From contig CP075494.1 in the NCBI GenBank assembly GCA_021613535.1, forward strand, positions 3,286,001-3,350,000: 64,000 nucleotides of DNA, read 5' to 3'. Position 1 is the first letter of the stretch. Each line of letters starts with the position of its first letter. The position numbers and the translations under genes were made by a program. Below are positions 27,241-39,995 of the stretch, in pieces. Origin of the DNA: Adineta vaga. Lineage: Eukaryota > Animalia > Rotifera. The notes under the pieces are model-generated. The model was given only the letters and a program-made list of their open reading frames with translations, searched no databases and was not told the DNA's origin.

Positions 27241-28752
27241 ATGATTCGAATAAATACAATTTTTATATGGTTTTGTTTGTTGATCAATGTATCCGTTCGG
27301 GGACAAAATCCAATTGGTTTACGAGCTTCTGCGGTTCTTCGTGGTATTCAAGTTGGAACTGCAGTTGTAGTTGATTATATACGAGAAAAAACAGATTTTA
27401 ATGATTATAATAACAAAATTCAAAGAGATGCGACGATAATTGTAACAGAAAATGATTTCAAACCTACACGTATTTGGTTAGGTGAAGGCAAATACAACTG
27501 GAATAATACTGATTTTCTTTTGGGTTCAACAGTAAATTCTACAGGCTGGGCTCAACAGAATTTGATGACCGTACGCGGGCATACCTTACTTTGGCCAGAT
27601 GATCGATACATTCCTAAATGGTTATTGGATCAAGAGTCTTCAATAACATCAGAGAAGGCTAGATTATTATTAACTGATTATATTAATACTGTGGTAAGTC
27701 GTTATCGCGGTAAAATACTTGTGTGGGATGTTGTCAATGAAGCACTCAATTATACGAATACTTCTAATCCATTAAACTTGCGTGATAGCTTTTGGCTGAG
27801 AAAGCTGGGTTCTGATTATCTTAAAATAGCTTTTCTAACTGCTCGAGCAGCTGATCCCAATGCAAAACTCTATTATAATGACTTTGGTATTGAAAGTATT
27901 GGACTGAAAACGACCAGAACTATTGATCTAGTCAATTGGATAAGATCACAAGGAGGAATTGTTCATGGTGTTGGTATGCAATGGCATATAGAATCTTCCA
28001 GAACAGTTACACCTGGTGATGAACATTATCAAAGTGCTCAACAATTTATTAATAATCAATTATCCATATCAGTCACGGAATTGGATATATCGATTCCAAC
28101 TGATAATGGTTATTTGATCGATCGTTCAGATCTTTACAAACAAGCTGCTATCTATAAAGCTATCTTAAATTATGCCATTCATTTTTATCCGAAATGTGAA
28201 GCATTTCTTACATGGGGTTTCACAGATCGTTACAGTTGGCTTCCAGATTATCATAAATATAAAAGAGGTGCTGGTTTACCATTAGATTGGATGTATCGAC
28301 CAAAACCTGCCTATTTAGAAATGCAAGAACTAATGACTCGTGTTATTGATGATGGTGTCTATCGATTTTCACCTCAATTACAACCAGCTAAATGTCTTGG
28401 CGCTGGTATGAATAATAATGTTCAACTTTATAGCGGTGATTGTAATGATAGCAATAAAAAATGGAATATAACATGGCTTGCTGACGGAAGTTATCGTTTT
28501 TCATTACAAAGTAATCCAAATCTTATTCTTACTGGTCACAATATAACATCAACTCGTGGTTATGTTCAAACAAACTATTGGACAAATTATAGCAGTCAAC
28601 GATGGGCATTTTCAGCTAAAAGTAACAATACATTTCGTATTGTACCATACACCGCATGGTGGAAAGTGATGGCGCTAGATGATACGTTCGATGTTAGCAT
28701 TGGCAGTTATGTCAACGGTAAATCTCAAGATTGGATTTTAACTAAAGTTTGA
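27241..28752 (+). CDS. Secreted GH10 endo-1,4-beta-xylanase with C-terminal ricin-B (CBM13) domain, intronless
   Basis: Signal peptide MIRINTIFIWFCLLINVSVRG; ENDFK, VRGHTLLW, WDVVNEA, LYYNDF, GMQWH, VTELDI, TWGFTDRYSW; QxW-type ricin repeats. Confidence 0.92.
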   Translation: MIRINTIFIWFCLLINVSVRGQNPIGLRASAVLRGIQVGTAVVVDYIREKTDFNDYNNKIQRDATIIVTENDFKPTRIWLGEGKYNWNNTDFLLGSTVNSTGWAQQNLMTVRGHTLLWPDDRYIPKWLLDQESSITSEKARLLLTDYINTVVSRYRGKILVWDVVNEALNYTNTSNPLNLRDSFWLRKLGSDYLKIAFLTARAADPNAKLYYNDFGIESIGLKTTRTIDLVNWIRSQGGIVHGVGMQWHIESSRTVTPGDEHYQSAQQFINNQLSISVTELDISIPTDNGYLIDRSDLYKQAAIYKAILNYAIHFYPKCEAFLTWGFTDRYSWLPDYHKYKRGAGLPLDWMYRPKPAYLEMQELMTRVIDDGVYRFSPQLQPAKCLGAGMNNNVQLYSGDCNDSNKKWNITWLADGSYRFSLQSNPNLILTGHNITSTRGYVQTNYWTNYSSQRWAFSAKSNNTFRIVPYTAWWKVMALDDTFDVSIGSYVNGKSQDWILTKV

Positions 28753-28829
28753 CGAATGCACTATCATCATTGATTACGAAGTTTACTAATTTAAATAAAA
28801 GTGAATAAAAAAGAAGATTCTTCATTATT

Positions 28830-28881
28830 TAAAAGGGTGTGGTCGTGGGTCTCTTGCATTGACCTCACCCACACCCTCAAT
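28830..28881. repeat. Telomere-like palindrome copy
   Basis: AAGGGTGTGGTCGTGGGT...ACCTCACCCACACCCTCAA. Confidence 0.85.
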
Positions 28882-29086
28882 TACATGAAAGTTTCTTTTT
28901 TTATAGAGATGTTAAATCGCACAAAAGAATTCACGTATATCTAATTTTACAATGACAGCGCTGTTTTCTCGTCTCCTTCACATTAAATGTTTCCATTAAT
29001 ATCCTTTTCATAAACTAATGGAGTTCTCATTTTGTTGTCTCCACTAAAAAAATAAGCAACATTTTCATTTCTTTTTCTCAAAAAAC

Positions 29087-30046
29087 ATGAACACAACGCC
29101 ATCACTTAATTCTTCACTTGACAACAATATTGAAGATTATCGTCTCGTTGCTCTACTATCTCTAATATTTGTACTCATTGCTATAGCAATCAATACTTTT
29201 ATCTTGATCTTAGTATGGAAAACAAAACCTCGTCTTCATACAATCAATCATTTATTGATGTGTAATACAGCGTTTGCGACTATTTTCTATTGTGCAACAA
29301 TGAAAACTAATTTTGCTTATGTTCTCTTTGGTCAATGGGATACCAGTGACATTAGTTGTCTATTTCGAGCATATTTTGCCTATAGTGGAGTTGCTGGAGT
29401 CATCTATTCATATCTTATTCAAGCAATTTCAAGATTTTTCTTCACTGTCTTATCCACCAAATATCGTCGATTAACTTCATTCAAAACACATTATATTCTC
29501 ATTATTTGTCAGTGGATCGTGGTATTTTTCGTCGCATCACCGTCGATTTTAACTAATGATATTAATTTTGTTCCACATGTTTTCTGTTGGGTACCGGAAT
29601 ATCGTACGATAGATCTAGCTTACACAGCTTTTGCTTATTATATTCTCCCTGTTACACTTATTGTCGTCATCTATATTTATATCTACGTACAAATTAGAAA
29701 AGCAAGAGTGAATGCAACTGTGGCAACACAAAACAGTCAAAAACGTGATCTTGCATTACTTCGTCGAATTCTTATAGTTCTTAGTATTTACTTAACAGGT
29801 GGAGTACCTGCGATTTTGTTCATGTTAACATCTATTCGGTTAATTTATATGATAAATTTAATTAGTCCATCAGTGAGTATGTCTATTGAGAAACTATGTA
29901 CCGTTCTACTTGATCGAGAGATGTATCAGGTGATTAAAGCAAAAATAGGTCCAGTAACACGTGTAACACCTTTTAGAACTGGCATGGTATTAATAAGTAA
30001 TGGACAAGGACAAACCAACCGTGATCCAAGACAAAGAAATATTTAA
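29087..30046 (+). CDS. Rhodopsin-like 7TM GPCR, intronless
   Basis: Seven hydrophobic segments; AISRFF at TM3 end; CWV; YYILP. Confidence 0.85.
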   Translation: MNTTPSLNSSLDNNIEDYRLVALLSLIFVLIAIAINTFILILVWKTKPRLHTINHLLMCNTAFATIFYCATMKTNFAYVLFGQWDTSDISCLFRAYFAYSGVAGVIYSYLIQAISRFFFTVLSTKYRRLTSFKTHYILIICQWIVVFFVASPSILTNDINFVPHVFCWVPEYRTIDLAYTAFAYYILPVTLIVVIYIYIYVQIRKARVNATVATQNSQKRDLALLRRILIVLSIYLTGGVPAILFMLTSIRLIYMINLISPSVSMSIEKLCTVLLDREMYQVIKAKIGPVTRVTPFRTGMVLISNGQGQTNRDPRQRNI

Positions 30047-30265
30047 TGTTAGCAAATGGCAATAAATAATTTTTTATCAGTGTTGTGTCATTCTTTAAAT
30101 AAAATTTCAATACCGATGCGAGTATTCTTTCAGCTTTGTACATGAATAAATGTATACATATTTTGTTAGCCACATTCTAACTCTATTGTATTTACAAAGA
30201 AATAATAGCAATTATAGTTCTTCGAAATTTATAAAATATTTCAAGAAATTCTGTGTCTAAATCTG

Positions 30266-30317
30266 TCAAGGGTGAGGGTAAATATAGGACACCCGTATTC
30301 ACATCCACCCGCCAGAT
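30266..30317. repeat. Telomere-like palindrome copy
   Basis: CAAGGGTGAGGGT...CACATCCACCCGCCAGAT. Confidence 0.75.
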
Positions 30318-30759
30318 AATTGAAATAAAAGATACTTCAATTCAAGATAACATCGGTATACAGTGCAAGAACCAATTAGTTATGTACAAAGTTAGAAAAA
30401 AATATTTTCGTTTGTACGATTATACATCGACACAGTATGGTTGATTATATATATATTTTATTGAGAGTATCAAAATACCAGTGAAGAGAAATTTACTTTT
30501 TATCATGAATCTTAAGGTTAGTTCGTCATTTATACAATAGTTGAGTTTTTAATCCAAAAAAAGATTTGAATAAGAGCGCAAGAGAGAAAATTCTACCCAT
30601 AACCTATTACATTCTCTAATTTTGCGAATAGTCACGATGATCAAATACATAAATGAAACTTTTCGTCATTGCACAATTATACTGATTGATGTTATGCAAC
30701 ATAAGATTGTATATGAATATTTATCATTTTGATCTTTTTATTACATCAATTTTTTTAGA

Positions 30760-31297
30760 TTGATACATTTCATTCGTATTGTCGACCACTAATTCAACCA
30801 ATTTTATCAGATTATTGTAAAGAATTGACTGGAATAACACAGGAACAAGTTAGTTACGCACCAACATTCATAGATGTTTTTGTCAAAGTAGATAAATGGT
30901 TGAATGTTAAAAGAACATGTGGAGACTTTTATTTCGTTTCATCTGGTCGTAAGTAAACAAAATGATTTTTCATAGAGAAACAAAACGTATTTTTATTTAT
31001 AGGTATAAAGAATAAGTTAGAAAGTTTACAACTTCCATTTCATGGAACTTTACATTCAGGTTTGGATGATGCAAAAAACATTGGCAAAATAGTCATTCAA
31101 TTGATTCAGATAAGATTAATCTCGAATAAGTATACATGACTTCGAATATTTTTTATCAAAAGGATGGTTGTGTATTGATACCTAATGAGTTTTATGCTTC
31201 ATCAATGGTTACATCGAGACGATTCTCTTCTGTTCGAAATGATTCTACAAGAATACGATCAAACAAAAACAACGATCAACATCATCGAAATAAATGA
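30760..31297 (+). pseudogene. ERI1-family DEDDh 3'-5' exonuclease, partial
   Basis: TFHSYCRP..QPILSDYCKELTGITQEQV..AP.F and FHGTLHSGLDDAKNI; N-terminal ExoI motif and middle part not found. Confidence 0.7.
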
Positions 31298-31379
31298 TGT
31301 CGGTTACAAAATAACGAAGTATTTGGTTTTTTTACACACTTTTTAGATTAACATCCATGTTTCATTCTTCTATGAGTCG

Positions 31380-31448
31380 TCTTGAAGGTGGATGTGCAGG
31401 TTAAAGTAAGGGATAAAAATATAGCCACATTATACCCACACCCTTAAG
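31380..31448. repeat. Telomere-like palindrome copy
   Basis: TCTTGAAGGTGGATGTG...TACCCACACCCTTAAG. Confidence 0.8.
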
Positions 31449-31721
31449 TTTGTGTTATTTTCTATATTCTTTGTTGATGAATAATTTTCATTGATTATAA
31501 TCAAACTCGTCTCGATATGTTAATACGAAATAAATCCATACAATCACTATGACTTTTCACACAGTGTTGTCATCTTCGTTGTGTGAGGAAAGTGAAAAAA
31601 ATGATTGTAATAAAATTTTAATGCAATGAAAAAATAAAAGAATAGGAAGAAAAACAGTTGTATGTTCTTGAAATTCAAAGAGAAAAATTAACAAGTTTTT
31701 TCATTCATTTTATAAAAAGTT

Positions 31722-33236
31722 ATGGCATTGATTACATTTCTGTTTCTTATCATTTCATTTCTATTTTCAAAAGGTTAGTAAACTACTACCTCATTGTTTC
31801 AATCATCAGAATCTTTTTTATAGATCAAATCATCGCATTACCTAATTATTCATGTCATGAAAATAATATTGATGTTGAATTTACATTATCAACAGCAGAT
31901 CATTCTGCATCAAATTCAACATCAAGTTGTTCTTTACAACAATGTAATGTAACTTCAACTGATAATCAAACTTGTTCTTTATCACCAACACCTTGTTTCA
32001 ATTATCATACAATAAATAATATTAGATATTGTGCTCCTGCTATTCAATGTTCGATTTCAGAATTATGTGACAATATGACATATAGTTGTGCAACAAATAG
32101 TTCAATATGCGTTGTTAATTCATGTTGTTCAGCATCAGCTGTATGTTTACCTGAGATGGTTACAAACTTTTGACTACGAGGTGAGATTTAATACTTATCT
32201 AGTTTATGATAGTTGGATGTGATTATCAGCTGCGACTATATATATTGCTCACACCCATTCTCCATTTTTAATATGTTCCAAAAAGGAGGTTACTAATAAA
32301 AAAACATTCATTTCGTTTCGCATTAAAATTCATGATAAATCAGTAATGAGTTTATTTTGAATAATATTTATAAGAACCTTTGTTATTTTGTTTTTCATAG
32401 GATGGACAATGACAGGAGATATGAATGTTGCACGACTGGCACATACATCATCCGTATTATTGAATGGAAAAGTATTAGTGACTGGCGGATCGAACGGCAG
32501 TTATCTCACAAGTACTGAATTGTATGATCCGTGGACAGATAGTTGGACAATAACAGGAAATATGAATGTTGAACGAGGATCTCCTACAGCATCCGTATTA
32601 GCGAGTGGAAAAGTATTAGTTGCAGGTGGAACGAACGGTGGTAATTTTCTCACAAGTGCTGAATTGTATGATCCATTGACAGGTAGTTGGACAATGACAG
32701 GAAATATGAGTGTTGGACGATATCTTCATACATCATCCACATTACCGAATGGAAAAGTATTAGCTGCCGGTGGTCTTTATCTCACAAGTGCTGAATTATA
32801 TGATCCATCGACCGGTATTTGGACAATATCAAGTAGTATGAATGCTATACGAGCATTTCATACAGCATCCGTATTATTGAATGGAAAAGTATTAGTGACT
32901 GGAGGATATAATGGTAGTGCTTCTCTTACAAGTGCTGAATTATATGATCCATTGACAGGTAGTTGGACAATGACAGGAGATATGAATGTTGCACGACTGG
33001 CACATACAGCATCCATATTATCGAATGGAAAAGTATTAGTCGTTGGTGGAGATAATGGTGGTAGTTATCTCAAAAGTGCTGAATTATACGATCCATTGAC
33101 AGGTAGTTGGATAATAACAAGTAGTATGAATTCTACACGAGTATATCATGCAGTATCCATATTATCAAATGGAAAAGTATTAGTGGCTGGAGGATATAAT
33201 GGTAGTGCTTCTCTCACAAGTTCTGAGTTATATTGA
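31722..33236 (+). CDS. Secreted Cys-rich + kelch-repeat protein (six kelch repeats); in-frame TGA at end of exon 2, possibly pseudogenised
   Basis: Signal MALITFLFLIISFLFSK; Cys-rich exon; repeats of GKVLVxGG...SAELYDPxTGSW at 32401-33236. Confidence 0.8.
32212..32263. repeat. Degenerate palindrome copy (intronic)
   Basis: GTTGGATGTGA...CTCACACCCATTCTCC. Confidence 0.35.
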
Positions 33237-33539
33237 TCAATATTGATTCGGACCATCGTTTTCTTGCAGATTGAAACATAGAATTTTATCTTGTGATAGT
33301 CGATTCATTGAATCGTGAACATTTCTAGATAATATTATTAAAAACAGGAGAAAAAGAACAAAGTGATGAATAATAAAAATTAAATTTGCGATTTTCTTAA
33401 TGAAAATATCAGTAAAGATTTGTCATCATGTCAATTTACCACTCCCTGATAAACTATATGGTAATCAGATTTGTAAGATAAAAATATATATGTATTCTTA
33501 TAGGAAACTATGAAAGAAAAAGAAATAAGATAAATCTTC

Positions 33540-33781
33540 ACACTACAATTCTAGTTTTAATTCAGTTTAGAATTTATTTCACTTTCTATGTGTAGAGTTT
33601 CATTTGCAACATCATCACCGAATGACGATTAATATTTGGTGATGCAAAGTTATTACGATAGGGTCCAAATATATTTTGAACCCGTTATTGTCGAACAAAA
33701 AAGAGCTGAATCACGAACAGGAAATCCAATATCAAGATCACCTGCCCATACTTGTAATTTCGGTACATGTGTTAAACATGG
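33540..33781 (-). pseudogene. Inverted relic of the 3' end of the GH27 gene
   Basis: Reverse complement AAGTATGGGCAGGTGATCTTGA/TATTGGATTTCCTGTTCGTGATTCAGCTCTT matches 39638-39764 with a 75-bp gap; similarity continues to the end of the gene. Confidence 0.85.
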
Positions 33782-34501
33782 GTAGAATCAATTTCTGCAT
33801 GGATTTCTTTCTAGAGTTCAGAAGAGTATCTGTTCGGTTTAACTATAATACCTTCACTTTCACGCACTACTGTATGAGCGTATTAACCATGTCCAGGAAA
33901 TTCAGAGAAACTTTTTTTTTGGCACTAGTAGTTTTTATTATTCGCCCATGTATATGAATCAAATTGAAGTAGTGTTTAACTGATTGAGTTCTATCTTGTT
34001 CTAACATTTAAGCGAGTATTTTGAGAAAATATGTTAGTCAAAAGACTAATAGAAAGAAAAATATGAAAATGCAAATAATACAATCGTTTCCATGTCTTCC
34101 TTTATAATTGCTTCGTCAAAAGAGTGTAATTTTTTTAATATACCGCACTTCTATTTTGTCAGTCGTTGCTCTACAATTGAATGAAATGTACTTTTTTCAA
34201 AGTCACGTTCTTTAATAGTGCATTTTTTCTTTTCTTTCAACATAAATACTAGAGTAAGAGAACTATTTAACAGGTGTAAGTAAATCCCTTTCAATCGATT
34301 GTTCTTTTTTACATGAGGGAGAGAACAGAAATACTTATTTAGATCATGATTTTTATTATTATAAGAGTTAAAGATAGTAAAGTCGCTGATATTCACAATT
34401 CTTGATATTGATATGAATGTTTCATTATTTCTACTAGAATTGCAATGCTACTGATTTTGGGAAAATTTGATCATGGAATATAACTTCACGTAATTTATAC
34501 A

Positions 34502-35830
34502 ATGAATCCAAAGATATTCGTTGGATTAACTCGCTCTTCAGTCTCTTTTCGATTATATAAGAAATAGTATGTATATATAATTATTTTCATATGTCTTGTC
34601 TTCTTATTTCAAAGCCATACACATCTTCTTTTCACACGTAAGAAAATATATATTTTCAATCGATGAAAATAAACTGAAACGTGTTGATATTTAGCAGCAT
34701 CTCTAGTTGATAACCATTCGTCAAGATTATGTAACAAAAGTCATAATTATACTGATTTAATGAAATGTCCAAACGATAAGCTTTCAAGTAGCATTTCGGT
34801 AAATAAAAATCAAATGGAGAATATGATTTCTATAGTATTAAAATCTCGCTCTCTAATGTATTGTGCTGTTCCGAAAGTAGCAACAAAAACTCTTCTTACT
34901 GTTATGCTTTATATACATGTGAGTGATGTTATCCAGCATTTCAATAACAATTGGACAAATGTTGATATTGACAAAGCTCAAATGGAGAAAATGATCAATA
35001 TTTCTGCCTTTATCGAAGATCTACGAATGGTATGAAAAAGAGATAGCGAAATTCTAATTCCGCCAACGGACACACCGATATCTCTTATCGCATTTCTTCA
35101 CATGTATCTTGATATTCTTCGATCTGGCAAAATCAATACAACATCCACTTCTCAACTTGTTAATCCTTGGAGACTCCATTTTACATTCTCATTTCCTCAT
35201 TTTCGTCTACATAGTCTCTCCAAATTATCAGAGATATTCTCACCTATCTTCACTCGAGCTATTTTTGTTCGTCATCCATTTGAACGTCTTGCATCAGCTT
35301 ATAAAGAGAGAATTGCAACACTCACCAAAGATAGAACTGAACCGGAACAGGAATATGATGCCATTCGCATGGCAATCTGTCATCAGAGAGTGATATCTAA
35401 ACGAATTAGCCGATCGTTAGGAATACAAGATTCATGCATGAACACTATTCCTCCATTTGAAGACTTTGTTCGTTACACTCTTCTTCACACTCATACAACA
35501 AATGAAATTGCTCGAATGAATTATCATTGGCAACCATACTCAATACTTTGTCAAGTTTGTAAATTTAAATATAATTTTATTTGTAAATATGAAATGTTCA
35601 ACAATCATTTCTCCGACTTTCTCAAACTTTTCAATATATCTGATTGGAATATTCACACGCGAAATGTTCCATCAGGTCTTACTAAACGAGATTACCAAAA
35701 CTATTATACAACATTACCAGATGATCTCATCTGTCATCTCATCAAATTGTACAGTGACGATTTTCGTCTCTTCAACTATCGAACAGATGATTACATAAAT
35801 CGAACTACATTATCTCAAAATTGTACTTGA
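34502..35830 (+). CDS. Carbohydrate sulfotransferase (Sulfotransfer_2, CHST-like); early in-frame TAG and a too-short intron near 35030 suggest damage
   Basis: YCAVPKVATKT (5'-PSB), FVRHPFERLASAY (3'-PB), HWQP..LC..C, KYE, LYSDDFRLFNY. Confidence 0.8.
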
Positions 35831-35873
35831 GGGTGTGAGTGTGATTAAAATATAAAGGTGGTACCCACACCCT
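35826..35873. repeat. Palindrome copy overlapping the sulfotransferase stop codon
   Basis: CTTGAGGGTGTGAGTGTG...TACCCACACCCT. Confidence 0.85.
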
Positions 35874-36642
35874 ACTAACAAAAATTTACTTGAACACCTG
35901 CTTGAAGACACTTCATATCTTCACGAATATTTACACTTCCAACGCAGACATTAACATATCAGATTCATATGTTTACCTAGTTCTAAAAAAACAAAGACTA
36001 CATGCTAGATAAAACTGTACTCATTCAGCCAATTCACGCGTTGGCACCAAAACTAATACTTGACATTCTTCGAAAGCCACCATATCGAGTTGTTGTAAAA
36101 TTGCAGTGACGAACGTTATTGTTTTATCTGTACGTGTTTTTGTTTGAACAATCATATCGTAACCTTTAAGAAGAATGCATATTTATTCGACAAAGTTCAA
36201 TCTTAAAGAAATGGTAGAAAACAAACTCAAAATACACGGTTTAAGAGCACATTGTTGAATATCTCAAGGATGTTTGAGACTGTAGTCATAGATACCATGT
36301 AAAAGTAGATCTGGTAAATTCAGCTGATCACATATTACCACTTTCAAAAGTAAATAGAGATTCTATATGATGAATGTATATGGATGAGTCATAACGCAAG
36401 AGAGGTGATTCTGCAAACATCCAAGAACCATAATCATTTCAACAAATGCCAAACAAAACTCGATCAAAGTTTTTTAAATAATAAAAATATAATAATTTGA
36501 ATAAAGACTTCAATCTACCATGTTGGTGTCGCGCACTGCCATCTATGCAAATGGTTAATCTAATAGTATACGATTACTCATGCATTCCACCATATCATTG
36601 GTCATTTTATTGTTTTCATCAAAATTGTTATACAATATTAAA

Positions 36643-37353
36643 ATGGGATGTGTTTTGAATGCTCAAAGCAATATTTATTTGCCCAAAGATCTTACTACAT
36701 TAACAACAGATTTCGAAACAGATTATTACTTTTACGATTATGAAAACAATCTTCTCAGTTGTAAATTACTCATAAAAAATCCATATGAATCATATTTCAA
36801 ACAAGTTTATCCATTGATTATCAATGAATATGAATTAACCGATGATATGTTAAATGTTTTAAAAACTTATACGGATAGCAAATCAAATGAATGCTATATG
36901 AAAACAAATTTAAATTTATTAAGTGCTAATTTCAATGATATTGATTGGATTTATATTAATAAATTACGTTCATTAATACGAAGTTTAGTTCAAACAAATA
37001 TAAAACATGTCTATTATCGTGGATTAACATTAAGTGATAGAGAAATTCAATATTATTTGGATAAAAGAAATGAATATTTTTACACAAATTCATTTACATC
37101 ATTTACAATTGATCGTTTATTAATTTATTCTGGTAATACTATTTTCATATTAAGAACAGATATGTGTAATGAAAAAGCAAAGATTAATCTAGCAAATATA
37201 TGGCAATGGAGTACATTTATGGATGAAAAAGAAGCACTTTTAGCAGTGGGAACAAAATTAAAAATTTTAAGTGTACATTATTTTGGTTGTAAATGGGAAA
37301 TTGAAGTTGAATTAGCTGAAGATGATATAGATTCCGTTCAAAATACATATTAA
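36643..37353 (+). CDS. ADP-ribosyltransferase (R-S-E type) domain protein, intronless
   Basis: YYRGL, NSFTSFT, DEKEALL motifs. Confidence 0.75.
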   Translation: MGCVLNAQSNIYLPKDLTTLTTDFETDYYFYDYENNLLSCKLLIKNPYESYFKQVYPLIINEYELTDDMLNVLKTYTDSKSNECYMKTNLNLLSANFNDIDWIYINKLRSLIRSLVQTNIKHVYYRGLTLSDREIQYYLDKRNEYFYTNSFTSFTIDRLLIYSGNTIFILRTDMCNEKAKINLANIWQWSTFMDEKEALLAVGTKLKILSVHYFGCKWEIEVELAEDDIDSVQNTY

Positions 37354-37460
37354 TTTTTTAAATTATTAAGAGAAAAGAAACATTTATGATTTAATGATCT
37401 TTTAACTGATGACACGAAAGGAAAACAAAATAGAATGTAGTCATTACTTTTGTCGCAATA

Positions 37461-37519
37461 CAGGATGTGGGTGGGCGTGGATTAGAAGAACAATCAGTTC
37501 CACACTCACCCTCACGATG
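37461..37519. repeat. Telomere-like palindrome copy
   Basis: AGGATGTGGGTGGGCGTGG...CCACACTCACCCTCACGATG. Confidence 0.85.
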
Positions 37520-37925
37520 GTTCTGAACATTAACAAAAATTTTCATCTTTATATTTATAGTAGGCAAATTTCTATTAGAGATGTATATCATACTTTATAT
37601 ACAGATGTGAATGATAGAGTACTGGAAATCGATACTCACAATTTGATGACAATGAAAAATATTACTATATTCGGTTTTCCCCTTAGTCAGCACACATGAC
37701 ATGGCACATCTTTTTTTTTATTGTAAAAATCATACTCTAGTATCCTTAGGCATCTACGGTGAGAACAGGGAACATACAAGTTGGCATACAAAGCTATAAT
37801 ACTGCAATGAAATAAAAATGATGGCATATGTGGTTTTTTCTCATCGAATAAAATTCAGAATAAAAGAACGATGTTCTTTTTTTTTAATAATTCACTTTTA
37901 TATTGAGAAGGCGTGATAGAGCAAA

Positions 37926-39903
37926 ATGATAGCTTTGAAAATATTACTCTTGATTTCTTCTATTCATACTTCATATCAACTTAACAATGGTCTAGGTCTA
38001 ACACCACAAATGGGTATAAGATGACAATAATTTGTATGTATGTAAGTATAGTGAGTTTTTATATTAAAGGTTGGAATAGTTGGAATCATTTTGGATGTAA
38101 TATCAATGAAAAACTTATTCAACAAACAGCAGATTTAATGGTGTCAACAGGCCTTGCTGCTGCCGGTTATCAGTATGGTATGTTGTGTCATTGATTTCGA
38201 AATCATTTCTGCTCTCTTTAGTAAATACGGATGATTGCTGGCAAGTAAGTCGAGATACTAATGGTACGATTCAAGCAGATCCAAAAGCTTTTCCAAGTGG
38301 TATTCCAGCTCTTGTTGACTATGTACATTCACGAAAACTTAAATTTGGACTCTATTCAGGTACAGCAATGAATTTTTTCTATTTATTCAATTGGAATTTA
38401 TACTAAAAGATGCGGGATTTAAAACATGTGGTGGTCGACCTGCTTCATTACATTATGAAACAACAGATGCAAATACATATGCATCATGGAAAGTCGATTA
38501 TTTGAAGTATGACAATTGTAATACAGACGGAACTGCTCCCGAAATAAGATATCCAGTGATGAGAGATGCATTAAATGCAACTGGTAGATCTATTTTCTAT
38601 TCTATGTGTGGTATGATTATGAAAACTTTTCTCAATCTGATGGTGTATCTGTTGTGTATGTTGTTTAGAATGGGGTGTAGATCAACCTGCTCTTTGGGCA
38701 CCAGATGTTGGAAATAGTTGGAGAACTACAGATGATATTCAAGATAATTGGAAATCAATGCTCAATAATATCGATATCGTAAAATTATACATAAGTTTTG
38801 TAGATTTTAATACATGTTTCTTGATATTTAGAATAATGCATATGCTGATAAAGCAGGACCTGGCGGTTGGAATGATCCCGATAGTAAGTTAAAATATTAG
38901 TAATTTCTCATCAATCTCAACCGTTATCCGTATTCGTCTAGTGCTTGAAGTTGGCAATGGTGGTATGACTGATGCTGAATATGTCACACATTTTTCTCTG
39001 TGGGCTATTAGTAAAGCACCACTTATCGTTGGATGTGATATAAGTAAGATGAGTGCAGCTACTTTAGCCACTCTTACACATCCTGAAATCATTGCTATCA
39101 ATCAAGATCCATTAGGTGTTCAAGGAAAGAAGGTATCGTTTGCATGGTCACAATCATCTAATACGTCAACAGGTGTTGGTCTTACTAATTGCTCAACATT
39201 TTCGTCAAATGCGCAACCGAAACGGATCGTATGGCAATATAATTCTCAGGATAGATCGATTCGATCCACTTCTGGTGGAAAATGTTTGTCCATTGAAAAT
39301 TGTGATACCTCTGATGGAGCAAATATTGTCGTCACTGATTGTCATATCAATGATCCACAAGCAAAATGTCAAGGAAAAAATCAACAATGGATCGTCAATA
39401 CAACTGATCAAACAATTGTTTCGCAAATGAATGGAAAATGGTAAATGTGTCATAATGAATTATATATGAAAATAAATATCAATTTGTTTAGTTTGCAGAC
39501 GTTTCGTTCAGCAGGACCAGCTGTCGATGTATCTACATGTAACAAAGGTGATGGTCAAAAATGGATATGGCATCCAGTAGATGATACTATTGAGAATAAA
39601 TATAATCATGGATGTTTAACACAAGTACCAGAATTAGAAGTATGGGCAGGTGATCTTGACGATGGTTCCGTAGCTGTACTTCTATTAAATCGAGGAAATA
39701 GTATCAGTGAACCAATTACTGTTCAATGGAGTGATATTGGATTTCCTGTTCGTGATTCAGCTCTTGTTCGAGATGTATGGGCGCAAAAAGCTCTCGGACC
39801 GTATCGTTATAATTATACATCACCAAACATTGATCCTCATTCAGTAATGATGTTGAAAATTACGCTTTATGCAGAAAACGAAAATAATTTTGAAAGAAAT
39901 TAG
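37926..39903 (+). CDS. Secreted GH27 alpha-galactosidase with inserted ricin-B domain, multi-exon
   Basis: [69 protein letters not shown]. Confidence 0.92.
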
Positions 39904-39995
39904 AATTAGATTCATATGTAGTGTTTGAAATGATAATATATAAATAAAAAACTTTACCAAAGGTTATCTTAAAAAATACATTTTTCTATTTTAAT

